In this document: positions 8,424-17,970 of the stretch, piece after piece
Position numbering within the stretch: position 1 is the stretch's first letter
How the letters are laid out: each line of letters opens with the position of its first letter
NCBI GenBank assembly: GCA_031285485.1
Contig: JAITWC010000023.1
Coordinates: forward strand, 1 to 28,863
Length of the DNA: 28,863 nt
Reading direction: 5' to 3'
Origin: Alistipes sp.
GTDB lineage: Bacteria; Bacteroidota; Bacteroidia; Bacteroidales; Rikenellaceae
Translations under genes and position numbers: made by a program
Notes under the pieces: generated by a model
Database searches by the model: none
What the model was told of the DNA's origin: nothing
What the model saw: the letters and a program-made list of their open reading frames with translations, nothing else

Positions 8424-8741
8424 CTATTGAATGAGGGCCTCCAGCCGCGCTTTCAGGTCGGCCCGGCCCAGCGCGCCCACCTGCCTGTCGACGAGTTTGC
8501 CCTCCTTGAAGAAGAGCAGCGTGGGGATGTTGCGGACAGCATGGCGGGACGGCAGCTCGCGTTCGCTGTCGACGTTGCATTTGCCTATCGTGATCCGCCC
8601 CTCGTATTCGCCGGCGAACTCCTCGACCATCGGTGCTATCATTCTGCACGGGCCGCACCATTCGGCCCAAAAATCAACCATGAAAGGTTGGCCGCTCGCG
8701 AGCAACTCGTCGAACACGGCGTTTGTAATCTCCTTTGCCAT
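8424..8741 (-). CDS. trxA: Thioredoxin
   Basis: VDFWAEWCGPCRMIAP active site and VRNIPTLLFFKEG; 105 aa. Confidence 0.97.
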   Translation of the reverse strand: MAKEITNAVFDELLASGQPFMVDFWAEWCGPCRMIAPMVEEFAGEYEGRITIGKCNVDSERELPSRHAVRNIPTLLFFKEGKLVDRQVGALGRADLKARLEALIQ

Positions 8742-8748
8742 ATCTTTA

Positions 8749-11700
8749 TTATTGTATTGTGTATCTCAATTCGTTGTCGTCCAAAAAATCGGTAAGGCCG
8801 CCCGAGAGCGACACCTTTCGGCTGCGGGAGTGCATCTTCACACTCACGCCCTCCTTGCGGTCGGTCACTTTCACCGCCAGCCGCAGGCCACCCTCCGACT
8901 CGCGCGCCGCATGGTCGAGCGACGCAACGAACGCGCCGTCGATCGCCTCCAACGGCACGGTTACGCAAATTTCGCGCAGCATGGTCCGCTCCACGTCGTC
9001 CAGTTGTCGCATGTCGGTGATGCGTGCCTCCAGCTCTCCTTCACGCCCGAAACGTGTCTGGATCTTGCCGCGAATAAACAAAAAATAATCGGAGAAGAAA
9101 AACATCCGGTGTTTTTCGTACTCCTTGTCGAACATCGTAAACTCGTGGCTGTTGCCGTCGTAGTCCTCCAACTTTATCCGTCCGTAGGGTTTCCCCTTCT
9201 GGGTGACGAGATTCTGCACCCCCGTCACCATGCCCGCCACGGTGAAATCGTGGCCGTCCTTTCCGGCCAGATCACTCAGATCGTACAGCGTGGAGTTGCA
9301 CAGGTGCCGGATCACGACGGCGTATTTATCCAACGGATGCGACGAGAGGTAAATCCCTATCGACTCCCTCTCCCTATTCAGCGTTTCCAACTGCGACCAG
9401 TCGCCGACGGCCGGGGGCGCGGGTTTCTGCACCGCCACCTGGGCCGTGCCTCCGAAAAGGCTCTGCTGGGCGTTCGACCGTTCGCCCTGTATTCGGGCAC
9501 CGTAACGCATGAGCTGTTCGAGGAACGTGCCACCGCCCGAGGTGCCGCTCTCACCCGTCTCGGCAAAGAACTTACTGCGGTGGAAACCGCTGATTGCGTC
9601 GAGCGCACCCGCCACGGCCAACCCTTCGAGCGTCTTTTTGTTGACGGCCTGAAGGTTGATCCGCTCCATGAAGTCGTATATGTCGGCGAACCGTCCACCA
9701 GTCTGCCGCTCCCCGATGATGGATCGCACTGCCGCCTCGCCCACCCCCTTGATGCCGGCGAGCCCGAACCGCACGTTGCCGCTCCTGTCGGACGAGAACA
9801 TGTGAAAACTCTCGTTCACATCGGGTCCCAACACGTTTATCCGCATCCGTTTGCACTCCTGCATGTAGTGCGTGATCTCCTTGATGTTATTGAGGTTGCG
9901 GCTCAGCACCGCCGCCATGAATTCGCTCGGATAGTGGACCTTGAGCCAACCGGTCTGGTAGGCGACGTAGGCGTAGCAGGTGGAGTGGCTCTTGTTGAAG
10001 GCGTATTCGGCGAACGCCTCCCAGTCGCGCCATATCTTGTCGATCGTCTTCGGGTCGTGGCCTTTGGCTGTGGCACCCTCGATGAACTTGGGCTTCATCT
10101 TTTCGAGCACCGCCTTCTGTTTCTTGCCCATCGCCTTGCGCAGCGTGTCGGCCTCGCCGCCGGTGAATCCCGCCAGCTTTTGCGACAGCAACATCACCTG
10201 CTCCTGATAGACCGTGATGCCGTAAGTGTCGGCCAGATAGTCCTCCATCTCGGCGATGTCGTAGGCTACCGGCTCGTCACCGTTCTTGCGGCGGATGAAC
10301 GACGGTATGTAGTCCATCGGGCCGGGGCGGTAGAGGGCGTTCATCGCAATGAGGTCTTCGAATCGCGTCGGCCTGAGGTTTTTGAGATGTTTGCGCATTC
10401 CGGCCGACTCGAACTGGAACAGCCCCTGTGTATCGCCGCGGCTGAAGAGTTCGTAAGTCTGGGCATCGTCGAGCGGCACCGCCTCTATGTCTATCTTTTG
10501 GCCGTGGATCAGTTCGATGTTTTGCAACGCATCCTTTATTATCGACAGCGTGCGCAGACCCAGAAAGTCCATCTTTATGAGGCCGACACTCTCCACCTGC
10601 CCCCCTTCGAACTGCACAACGTTCTTCAACTCGTCATCGTTCCTCTTACTCGAACTTTTCGTCTCCTTGTCCTTGTCGCGCACGGTGGCGATGGGGGCGT
10701 AGAGTTCGAGGTCGTCTTTACCGATTATCACACCGCAGGCGTGGACTCCGGTCTGGCGCACCGATCCTTCCAACTTCTCAGCGTATTCGAGCGTTCGGCG
10801 GATCACCTCGTTATGCGATTCGCGCTCGGCCCTCATCTCAGCCGACACTTCGTAGAGGTGCTCGAAGGCGGTCTGACCCTTCTTTGGAGCGAGGCGGTCG
10901 GGCACCAACTTGGTGAGTCGGTCACTCTCGGAGAGGGGCAGTTTTTGGACGCGGGCCACATCCTTGATCGCCATCTTGGGGGCCATGCAGCCGAAGGTTA
11001 CGATTTGGGCGACGCGCTTTTTGCCATACTTTTCGGTCACGTACTCCAGCACGTCGGCACGGCCGTCCTCGTCGAAGTCGATGTCGACGTCGGGCAGCGA
11101 GATGCGGTCGGGGTTGAGGAAGCGTTCGAACAGCAGGTCGTAGCGCAGCGGGTCGATGTTGGTGACGCGCAGAGCATAAGCCACCACCGACCCCGCGGCC
11201 GATCCGCGGCCCGGTCCAACCGACACTCTCATCTCGCGCGCGGCACGAATGAAATCCCACACGATGAGGAAGTAGCCCGGAAAGCCCATCCACTCGATCG
11301 TCTTGAGTTCATATTCGAGCCTCTCTGTCACCTTTTCGCTAAGTTCCTCGCCGTATCTCTCCCTCGCTCCGGCATAGGCCAAGTGGCGCAGGTAGTCGAA
11401 CTGCTTGGCAACGGTTGTCTTCTCCGGATCATCGAACTCCTCCGGTACCGGAAAGTCGGGCAGCAGCGGCGGATGCTCCAACGAATACGACTCCACCTTT
11501 TCCGCGATCTCCAGTGTGGTTTCCAAAACCTCTGGCGCGCCGGGAAAGAGAGCCGCCATCTCATCGGGGCTTTTCAACCACTCCTGGAATGTGTATCGCA
11601 TCCTGTTGGGGTCGTCGAGGTCTTTGCCGGTGTTGAGGCATATCAGGTGGTCGTGTGCCTCGGCGTCGTCGGCGTCCACGAAGTGCACGTCGTTGGAGGC

Positions 11701-12333
11701 GATATACTTCACGCCGAACTTTTTTCCGAGTTCGACGAGAACGGCATTCACTTTCTTCTGGCCTTCGTACACCCCACGGCTACGAGTGTCGGCCGACATG
11801 CCTACCGGATGAAGCTGCATTTCAAGATAGTAGTCGTCGCCGAACATCGCTTTAAATTCGGCTATCGTATCCTCGGCGCCTTTCATGTCGCCGCGCAGAA
11901 TTGCCTGCGACACCTCGCCGCCCAGACAAGCAGAGCAGCAGATCAGCCCTTCGGTATGCTCCCGCAGCAGGGTCTTGTCGATGCGAGGCTTATAATAGAA
12001 CCCCTCCGTCCACGAGTAGCTGACGATTTTGCAGAGATTCTGGTAGCCCGTAAGGTTTTTTGCCAGCAGCACGAGATGGTCGCCCGCCTTTTCGTCCTTG
12101 TCGGCGACGAAACGGTCGCGCACCACATACACCTCGCATCCGATGATCGGTTTCACCCCCTCGCGCGAGGCGACGTCGTGAAACTCCTTAACGCCGTACA
12201 TGTTGCCGTGGTCGGTGATGGCTACGGCAGGCATACCCATCTCCTTTGTGCGGGCAATGAGCTTTTTAATATCCGACGCCCCGTCGAGGATCGAATACTG
12301 GGTATGGACGTGAAGGTGTACAAAATTCGACAT
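8749..12333 (-). CDS. dnaE: DNA polymerase III alpha subunit
   Basis: PHP domain HLHVHTQYSILDG and AITDHGNMYG; GPGRGSAAGS; FERFLNPDRISLPDVDIDF; YAFNKSH; C-terminal OB fold. No intein seen. Confidence 0.98.
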   Translation of the reverse strand: MSNFVHLHVHTQYSILDGASDIKKLIARTKEMGMPAVAITDHGNMYGVKEFHDVASREGVKPIIGCEVYVVRDRFVADKDEKAGDHLVLLAKNLTGYQNLCKIVSYSWTEGFYYKPRIDKTLLREHTEGLICCSACLGGEVSQAILRGDMKGAEDTIAEFKAMFGDDYYLEMQLHPVGMSADTRSRGVYEGQKKVNAVLVELGKKFGVKYIASNDVHFVDADDAEAHDHLICLNTGKDLDDPNRMRYTFQEWLKSPDEMAALFPGAPEVLETTLEIAEKVESYSLEHPPLLPDFPVPEEFDDPEKTTVAKQFDYLRHLAYAGARERYGEELSEKVTERLEYELKTIEWMGFPGYFLIVWDFIRAAREMRVSVGPGRGSAAGSVVAYALRVTNIDPLRYDLLFERFLNPDRISLPDVDIDFDEDGRADVLEYVTEKYGKKRVAQIVTFGCMAPKMAIKDVARVQKLPLSESDRLTKLVPDRLAPKKGQTAFEHLYEVSAEMRAERESHNEVIRRTLEYAEKLEGSVRQTGVHACGVIIGKDDLELYAPIATVRDKDKETKSSSKRNDDELKNVVQFEGGQVESVGLIKMDFLGLRTLSIIKDALQNIELIHGQKIDIEAVPLDDAQTYELFSRGDTQGLFQFESAGMRKHLKNLRPTRFEDLIAMNALYRPGPMDYIPSFIRRKNGDEPVAYDIAEMEDYLADTYGITVYQEQVMLLSQKLAGFTGGEADTLRKAMGKKQKAVLEKMKPKFIEGATAKGHDPKTIDKIWRDWEAFAEYAFNKSHSTCYAYVAYQTGWLKVHYPSEFMAAVLSRNLNNIKEITHYMQECKRMRINVLGPDVNESFHMFSSDRSGNVRFGLAGIKGVGEAAVRSIIGERQTGGRFADIYDFMERINLQAVNKKTLEGLAVAGALDAISGFHRSKFFAETGESGTSGGGTFLEQLMRYGARIQGERSNAQQSLFGGTAQVAVQKPAPPAVGDWSQLETLNRERESIGIYLSSHPLDKYAVVIRHLCNSTLYDLSDLAGKDGHDFTVAGMVTGVQNLVTQKGKPYGRIKLEDYDGNSHEFTMFDKEYEKHRMFFFSDYFLFIRGKIQTRFGREGELEARITDMRQLDDVERTMLREICVTVPLEAIDGAFVASLDHAARESEGGLRLAVKVTDRKEGVSVKMHSRSRKVSLSGGLTDFLDDNELRYTIQ

Positions 12334-12338
12334 AGGTG

Positions 12339-12346
12339 CAAAAGTA
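12339..12346 (-). promoter_or_regulatory. -7 promoter box for dnaE (near-leaderless)
   Basis: TACTTTTG(CA) on the minus strand ends only 5 nt before the ATG. Confidence 0.55.
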
Positions 12347-12375
12347 GCGATTTTTTGCGTAATTTTACGTCCCCT

Positions 12376-14643
12376 ATGAGCTATGCCGACATAATTTTGC
12401 CTCAGGCGGGGCCGCCGTTTTTCACTTACCGCGTCGGTGAGGATCTACTCGGCAGGCTTTCGTCGGGGTGTGCCGTGGCGGTGCCTCTCGGGGCGAGGCA
12501 GATCGTGGGAGGGATAATTTTGCGGGTGCATGACGTGGAGCCCGCGTTTCCCACCCGGCCGGTGCGGCGGTTGCTGTTTTCGCGGCCAATCGTGTCGCCG
12601 GAGCAGATGCGGCTGTGGGAGTGGATGGCCGAATATTACATGTGTACTCCGGGAGAGGTGATGACCGCCGCGCTGCCAGCGTTGCTCAAACCGGCCGGAT
12701 TCTCGGAGGAGGAGTTTGCCGCCGATGAGTTCCAGGCGCGCAGGGTGCGAACGGTGGCTTTGACCGCCGCCGCTTCGGGCGAGGGGGCTTTCAATGAAGA
12801 GTGCGAGAAACTTCGTCGCCGGGCACCGAAACAATACCACGCTCTGGTGGAGATCGCGGCCCTTGGCCCCGGCCCCATTCCGCGGTCGGAACTGAAGGCC
12901 GGTGCGGCCGTCCTGGTCGCGCTCTCCCAAAAGGGGCTTATCGCGATCTCGGAATGCGAGGCGGCAACACTTCCGGCGAACGATCCGCCGGCGGCGTTCC
13001 GGCTGCCGGAGCTTTCCCCGGCCCAACGAACCGCGCTCGATGAATTGCGCGAGGCGTTGCGATACCACAACACTGCTTTGTTGTTCGGAGTCCCGTCGAG
13101 CGGAAAGAGCGAGGTTTGTTTCCATGCCATAGCCGGAACGCTGGCAAAGGGGCGCGACGTGCTGCTGATGCTGCCCGAGATCGCCCTCACCACCCATTTC
13201 GTGCAGCGTGTGAGGCGTGTGTTCGGCCCCGGCGTCGTGGTTTACCACTCTGCTCTCAGCCCGAGGCAACGCGCCGAAACATACATCCGTCTGGCCCGCT
13301 CCACCGGAGGCACGCTCGTCGTGGGGGTTCGTTCGGCCATCTTCCTGCCCCTCCCGCGACCCGGGCTCATCGTCGTGGACGAAGAGCAGGATTCGAGTTA
13401 CAAACAGTCCGACCCCGCACCGCGCTACAACGCCCGCGACGCCGCGATAGTGCTGGCGCAGGAGAGCGGCGCCAAAGTGATCCTCGCCAGCGCCACCCCC
13501 TCGCTCGAAACGTGGGCCAACGCGCAAGGCGGAAAATACGGCCTGGTGGAGTTGACCGAACGCTGGGGGGGCACGCCGCCGCCCGGGGTGACGATCTCCG
13601 ACACCCTGCGCTCCGCCCGTCGCGGCGAACGACGCGGGAACTTCAACAAAGAGCTGCTCGACCGCATGGCCGGGGCGCTCGGCCGCGGCGAGCAGGCGAT
13701 CGTGTTCCGCAACCGGCGCGGGATCGCCCCGTTCATCGAGTGCGCCGAGTGCGGCCACGTCCCGCGGTGCGGCCACTGCGCCATTCCGCTGAGCGTCCAC
13801 CGCGACTCGCTCCGGTGCCACTACTGCGGCGCGTCGACCCCGTTGCCGTCGCTGTGTCCGGCGTGCGGCGGCATGAATCTCGCCACGAAGGGTTTCGGGA
13901 CCGAAAAGATAGAGGAAGAACTCGCCCGCCTGTTTCCCGCGGCGCGCGTGGCCCGGCTCGACCGTGACAGCACCACATCCGAAAGGGCTTTTCGCCGAAT
14001 AATCGGCGACTTCGAGGCCGGAGCGACCGATATTCTCGTGGGCACGCAGATGGTGACCAAGGGGCTCGACTTCGCGGGGGTGTCGGTCGTTGGGGTGCTG
14101 GGTGCCGACAACCTGCTCAACCATCCCGACTTCCGCGCGTCCGAGAACGCCTTCGCGCTGATTATGCAGGTGGCGGGGCGCGCGGGCAGGCGCGACGTGC
14201 GGGGGCAGGTGGTGATCCAGACCGTGTCGCCCGGCAGCCGCCTCATTGCCCAGGCCGCCGCGGGCGATTACCGCGCGATGGCCGCCGACCTGCTCGCCGA
14301 ACGCGCCATGTACGGTTATCCGCCCTATGCGAGGTTGGTGCGGGTGATGCTGCGCCACTCCGACCGCGAGGTCCTGGGGGCCGCCGCCGCGCGGTTGGCG
14401 GAGCTGCTGCGCCCGGTGTTCGGCGAACGTCTGCTCGGGCCCCAACCCCCGGTGGTGGAAAAAATAAAGGGCGAATACGCCCTCATCTTCCTGCTCAAAG
14501 CGCCTCGCGGAACGCTCTCCGACGGCGCGGGGGCCATGCCGATGTCGACCGTGCGCGAAACCCTCCGTGCCACCTCCGCCGCCATTCTTGCCGTCCCCGA
14601 TTTCCGCCGGATCACGCTTACTTTCGATGTCGACCCGCGGTGA
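12376..14643 (+). CDS. priA: Primosomal protein N' (replication restart helicase), 755 aa
   Basis: True start MSYADIILPQ inside the long fused ORF. N-terminal 3'-binding domain (LWEWMAEYYMC), Walker A GVPSSGKS, DEEQDSSYKQ..PRYNARD, four CxxC Zn ligands, KGLDF, QVAGRAGR. Confidence 0.95.
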   Translation: MSYADIILPQAGPPFFTYRVGEDLLGRLSSGCAVAVPLGARQIVGGIILRVHDVEPAFPTRPVRRLLFSRPIVSPEQMRLWEWMAEYYMCTPGEVMTAALPALLKPAGFSEEEFAADEFQARRVRTVALTAAASGEGAFNEECEKLRRRAPKQYHALVEIAALGPGPIPRSELKAGAAVLVALSQKGLIAISECEAATLPANDPPAAFRLPELSPAQRTALDELREALRYHNTALLFGVPSSGKSEVCFHAIAGTLAKGRDVLLMLPEIALTTHFVQRVRRVFGPGVVVYHSALSPRQRAETYIRLARSTGGTLVVGVRSAIFLPLPRPGLIVVDEEQDSSYKQSDPAPRYNARDAAIVLAQESGAKVILASATPSLETWANAQGGKYGLVELTERWGGTPPPGVTISDTLRSARRGERRGNFNKELLDRMAGALGRGEQAIVFRNRRGIAPFIECAECGHVPRCGHCAIPLSVHRDSLRCHYCGASTPLPSLCPACGGMNLATKGFGTEKIEEELARLFPAARVARLDRDSTTSERAFRRIIGDFEAGATDILVGTQMVTKGLDFAGVSVVGVLGADNLLNHPDFRASENAFALIMQVAGRAGRRDVRGQVVIQTVSPGSRLIAQAAAGDYRAMAADLLAERAMYGYPPYARLVRVMLRHSDREVLGAAAARLAELLRPVFGERLLGPQPPVVEKIKGEYALIFLLKAPRGTLSDGAGAMPMSTVRETLRATSAAILAVPDFRRITLTFDVDPR

Positions 14644-14644
14644 C

Positions 14645-14869
14645 GCTCCGTAGGGCTACGAAGGCTTGAAAAAAGTCCGGGGAAGCCTCCGTAGGGCTAC
14701 GGAGCCTCCAAAAAAACTCGGGGAAGCTTTCGTAGGGCTACGGAGGCTCCAAAAAGTTTCGGGGAAGCCTCCGTAGGGCTACGAAGGCTCCAAAAAAGTC
14801 CGGGCAAGGCTCCGTAGGGCTACGAAGGCCCCAAAAAAGTTCGGGCAAGGTTCCGTAGGGCTACGGAGC
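14645..14869. repeat. Tandem array C: 6 palindromic cores at 41-bp period (consensus GCCTCCGTAG-GG-CTACGGAGGC + A-tract) between convergent stop codons
   Basis: GTAGGGCTAC at 14650, 14691, 14732, 14773, 14814 and 14855; ends GCTCCGTAG / CTACGGAGC are 9-bp inverted repeats. Confidence 0.95.
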
Positions 14870-14870
14870 C

Positions 14871-15938
14871 TTAAAAGTTCATCACGCTGTTCTGCCGGTT
14901 GATACTTTCGAGGTGGATCGCCTCCAAAATGTCGTTGAGGAACTCGCGGCCCAGCCCCAGCGTGTCGGCCTGCGACAGGATCCGCTCCTTGATCGCCCCC
15001 CAGCGGCTCGACTGGAGGATGGCGACGTCGTTGGCCTTCTTCACGCGGCCGATCTCCTCGCTGATGCTCATGCGGCGCCCCAGGAGCGAGAACAGCTCGG
15101 CGTCGATCTGGTCGATCTGGTCGCGGAAACGGTCGAGCGCCTTCACGAACCCGGGGTCGTCGGCCGCCTCGCGGCGCCAGTTCACGCCGCGCACCAGGCG
15201 TTCCAGCTCCGCCGGCACCAACTGCTGCCCGGCGTCGCTCAGCGCCTCGGCCGGGCACACGTGGCTCTCGACTATCAACCCGTCGTAACGAAGGTCGGCC
15301 GCCGACTGCGACAGTTCGTGGAGATACTCCGTCGTGCCCGCCATGTGCGACGGGTCGCAGATCATCATCGTCTCCGGGAACCTGCTCCGCATCTCGAACG
15401 CCAGCGGCCACATCGGAGCGTTGCGGTAACGCTGCTGCCCGAAGTACGAAAATCCCCTGTGGATAAGGCCGATGTCGTCCATCGGGATGCCAACCGCCGC
15501 GAAACGTTTCACCGCCCCGGCCCACAGGTCGATGTCGGGGTTCATCGGGTTCTTGATCATCACCGGCACCCCGCTGCCCTTCAGCGCGTCGGCCACATCC
15601 TGAACCGCGAACGGGCTCACCGTGGTGCGCGCCCCGATCCACACCAGGTCGATCTCGAACTCCAACGCACTCTCCACATGTTTGGCCGTGGCAACCTCCA
15701 CCCCGACCGGCAGTCCCGTCAGCCTCTTCGCCTCGGCCATCCACGCCAGACCCTTGAGGCCGACCCCCTCGAACGTTCCGGGCGAGGTGCGGGGTTTCCA
15801 CACTCCGGCGCGGAGCACGTCGACCACACCCGTCTCGGCAAGTTTCACGCAGGTGTCGAGCGTCTGCTCGCGCGTCTCCGCGCTGCACGGGCCCGATATT
15901 ATGAGGGGCCGCTTTGCCCCGAGTTTGAATTTGTTCAT
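14871..15938 (-). CDS. Bifunctional type I-beta DAHP synthase / C-terminal chorismate mutase (355 aa)
   Basis: Start MNKFKLGAKRPLIISGPCSAE; RAGVWKPRT, WIGART, IHRGF, DPSH, GLIVESH; C-terminal CM motif RDQIDQIDAELFSLLGRRM; 4-bp overlap with tyrA. Confidence 0.92.
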   Translation of the reverse strand: MNKFKLGAKRPLIISGPCSAETREQTLDTCVKLAETGVVDVLRAGVWKPRTSPGTFEGVGLKGLAWMAEAKRLTGLPVGVEVATAKHVESALEFEIDLVWIGARTTVSPFAVQDVADALKGSGVPVMIKNPMNPDIDLWAGAVKRFAAVGIPMDDIGLIHRGFSYFGQQRYRNAPMWPLAFEMRSRFPETMMICDPSHMAGTTEYLHELSQSAADLRYDGLIVESHVCPAEALSDAGQQLVPAELERLVRGVNWRREAADDPGFVKALDRFRDQIDQIDAELFSLLGRRMSISEEIGRVKKANDVAILQSSRWGAIKERILSQADTLGLGREFLNDILEAIHLESINRQNSVMNF

Positions 15939-16777
15939 GGTAATATTCTCTTTATGGTATTTGCCTTTTGCATCGCCGCGCGCAAGCCCTCGCGGTCGTC
16001 GCGTTCGAGCAGGCGGCGCAGTATCTGTAACTGGTGGATGTGCTCGCGGAGTACGTCGAGGACGTTGTACTTGTTGCCGGTGAAGATCGGCAGCCACGTC
16101 TCGGGCGAGCTTTTGGCGAGCCTCACGGTGCTCTCGAAACCTCCTCCCGCGAGGTCGAATATGCGTTCCTCCTCCCGTTCCTTTTCGAGCACCGTCAGCG
16201 CCAGCGCGAACGAGGTGATATGGGAGATGTGCGACACGTATGCCGTGTGGAGGTCCTGTTCGGCGGCGGACATGTAGATGACGGGCGAGCCGATCCGGGC
16301 GTAGATGTTCTCGACGGTGGCGAGGGCGTCGGCGTCGCACAGTTCGCGGTCGCAGATCACGGTAGTCCGCCCGGTGAAGGCTCCGTGCCGCGCGGCGGCG
16401 GGGCCGCTGAACTCGGTGCCCCACATCGGGTGCGTGGCCACGAACCGGCCCCGCGCGGGGTGTTGCTCGATCACCTCGCACAGCTCCTCCTTTATGGAAC
16501 CCATATCCATGACGGTCTGGCCGTGCCGTACCCGGTTGAGTATGCGTGTCGCCAGAACGGGCGTGACGTCGACGGGGGTCGCCAGAACTATGAGATCGCT
16601 CCCGGCCACGGCCTCGTCGTGGATCGCAGTGCGGTCGACGAGGCCGAGTTCGAGCGCACTGCGGGCATTCTCCGCCGACGAGTCCACGCCGATCACCTCG
16701 TCGGCCAGTCCGTGATCCTTCAGGGCCAGCGCGAACGAACCGCCGATAAGCCCGAGGCCGAAGACCGCAGCCGTCAT
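15935..16777 (-). CDS. tyrA: Prephenate dehydrogenase (280 aa)
   Basis: Start MTAAVFGLGLIGGS (Rossmann motif); DMGSIK, THPMWGTE, HTAYVSHISH, GGFESTVRLA; ATGA overlap with the upstream gene. Confidence 0.92.
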   Translation of the reverse strand: MTAAVFGLGLIGGSFALALKDHGLADEVIGVDSSAENARSALELGLVDRTAIHDEAVAGSDLIVLATPVDVTPVLATRILNRVRHGQTVMDMGSIKEELCEVIEQHPARGRFVATHPMWGTEFSGPAAARHGAFTGRTTVICDRELCDADALATVENIYARIGSPVIYMSAAEQDLHTAYVSHISHITSFALALTVLEKEREEERIFDLAGGGFESTVRLAKSSPETWLPIFTGNKYNVLDVLREHIHQLQILRRLLERDDREGLRAAMQKANTIKRILP

Positions 16778-17949
16778 AACCCGGCCGCCTGCACTTTGGC
16801 CGTGGCTTTGGCGAGCAACTCGGCGGGAACGCACAGCGAGATGCGGATGCAGCGCGTGCCCTCCTTGCCGAACACTCCGCCCGGAGTGACGAACACGTCG
16901 GCCTTGTCGAGCACCATGTCGGAGAACTCGAAACAGTCGCCCTTCCACGAGTCGGGAAGATCGGCCCAGATGAACAGGCCCGCCTGACCCTCGCGGTATT
17001 TACATCCCAGCGTGTCGAGCAGTTTGAAGCCCTCCTTCTCGCGGGCGTAATAGATGGCGTTCAGCTCGGTGAACCACTCGTCGCCGAGGCTCAGCGCGGC
17101 GGCGGCGGCGGCCTGAACGGGATAGAACATCCCCGAGTCCATGTTCGACTTGAAGCGCAGCACGTCGGAGATCCAGTCGGCGCGACCGGCCAGCGAACCA
17201 ACACGCCAGCCCGCCATGCTGTGGCCCTTCGACAGCGAGTTGAGTTCCATCGCCACGTCCTTCGCCCCCTCGACGGAGAGGATGCTCAGGCGCAGGTCGT
17301 TGCGGATAAAGCTGTAAGGGTTGTCGTGCAGCAGCAGGATGTTGTGTTTCGCCGCGAACGCGATCAGTTTCCCGAACAGTTCGACGGTGGGCACGGTGCC
17401 GGTCGGCATGTTGGGATAGTTGCAGATCATGAGCTTCACCTTCGACAGATCCATTGCCTCCAGCTCGTCGAAGTCGGGATGGTAACCGTTCTCCTTCTTC
17501 AGCGCGTAGGGCACGGGAGTGGCGCCGGCCAGCGTCACACCGCCGTTGTAGGTGGGATAACCCGGGTCGGGGATCAGGGCTCGGTCGCCCTCGGACAGGA
17601 AGGTCATGCAGACATGCACGATGCCCTCCTTGGAGCCGAGCAGGGGCAGGATCTCGTTCTTGGGATTCAGTTCCACCCCGTACCACTTTTTGTACCAGTC
17701 GGCGAATGCGCCGCGCAGCAGGTCGCTGCCGTGGTATGGCTGGTAGCCGTGGACGTCGGGCCTCAGGGCGGCGGTGTGGAGGGCCTCCGTCACGCTGGCG
17801 GGCGGCGGAAGGTCGGGACTGCCGATACCCAGGGCGACGATGTCGCGTCCGGAGGCTTTCAGTTCGGCGATCTGTTTGTTCTTGGCGGAGAAATAGTACT
17901 CCTTGATTGTGTCGAGCCTGCCCGCGCAGGTGATTTCTACTTTTTTCAT
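16774..17949 (-). CDS. PLP-dependent class I/II aminotransferase (probably aromatic amino acid/prephenate aminotransferase given the operon)
   Basis: LGIGSPD, GSKEGI, PDPGYPTY, NYPNMPTG, HDNPY, SLSKGHSMAGWRVG (PLP lysine). Confidence 0.9.
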   Translation of the reverse strand: MKKVEITCAGRLDTIKEYYFSAKNKQIAELKASGRDIVALGIGSPDLPPPASVTEALHTAALRPDVHGYQPYHGSDLLRGAFADWYKKWYGVELNPKNEILPLLGSKEGIVHVCMTFLSEGDRALIPDPGYPTYNGGVTLAGATPVPYALKKENGYHPDFDELEAMDLSKVKLMICNYPNMPTGTVPTVELFGKLIAFAAKHNILLLHDNPYSFIRNDLRLSILSVEGAKDVAMELNSLSKGHSMAGWRVGSLAGRADWISDVLRFKSNMDSGMFYPVQAAAAAALSLGDEWFTELNAIYYAREKEGFKLLDTLGCKYREGQAGLFIWADLPDSWKGDCFEFSDMVLDKADVFVTPGGVFGKEGTRCIRISLCVPAELLAKATAKVQAAGL

Positions 17950-17970
17950 GGTGTTTGTGTCGTTATGTCG

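Noticed and set aside
8431-12375. Apparent 2070-aa ORF, i.e. a giant N-terminal extension of PriA
   Set aside because: The first ~1315 codons are the antisense shadow of trxA/dnaE; PriA homology begins at ATG 12376.
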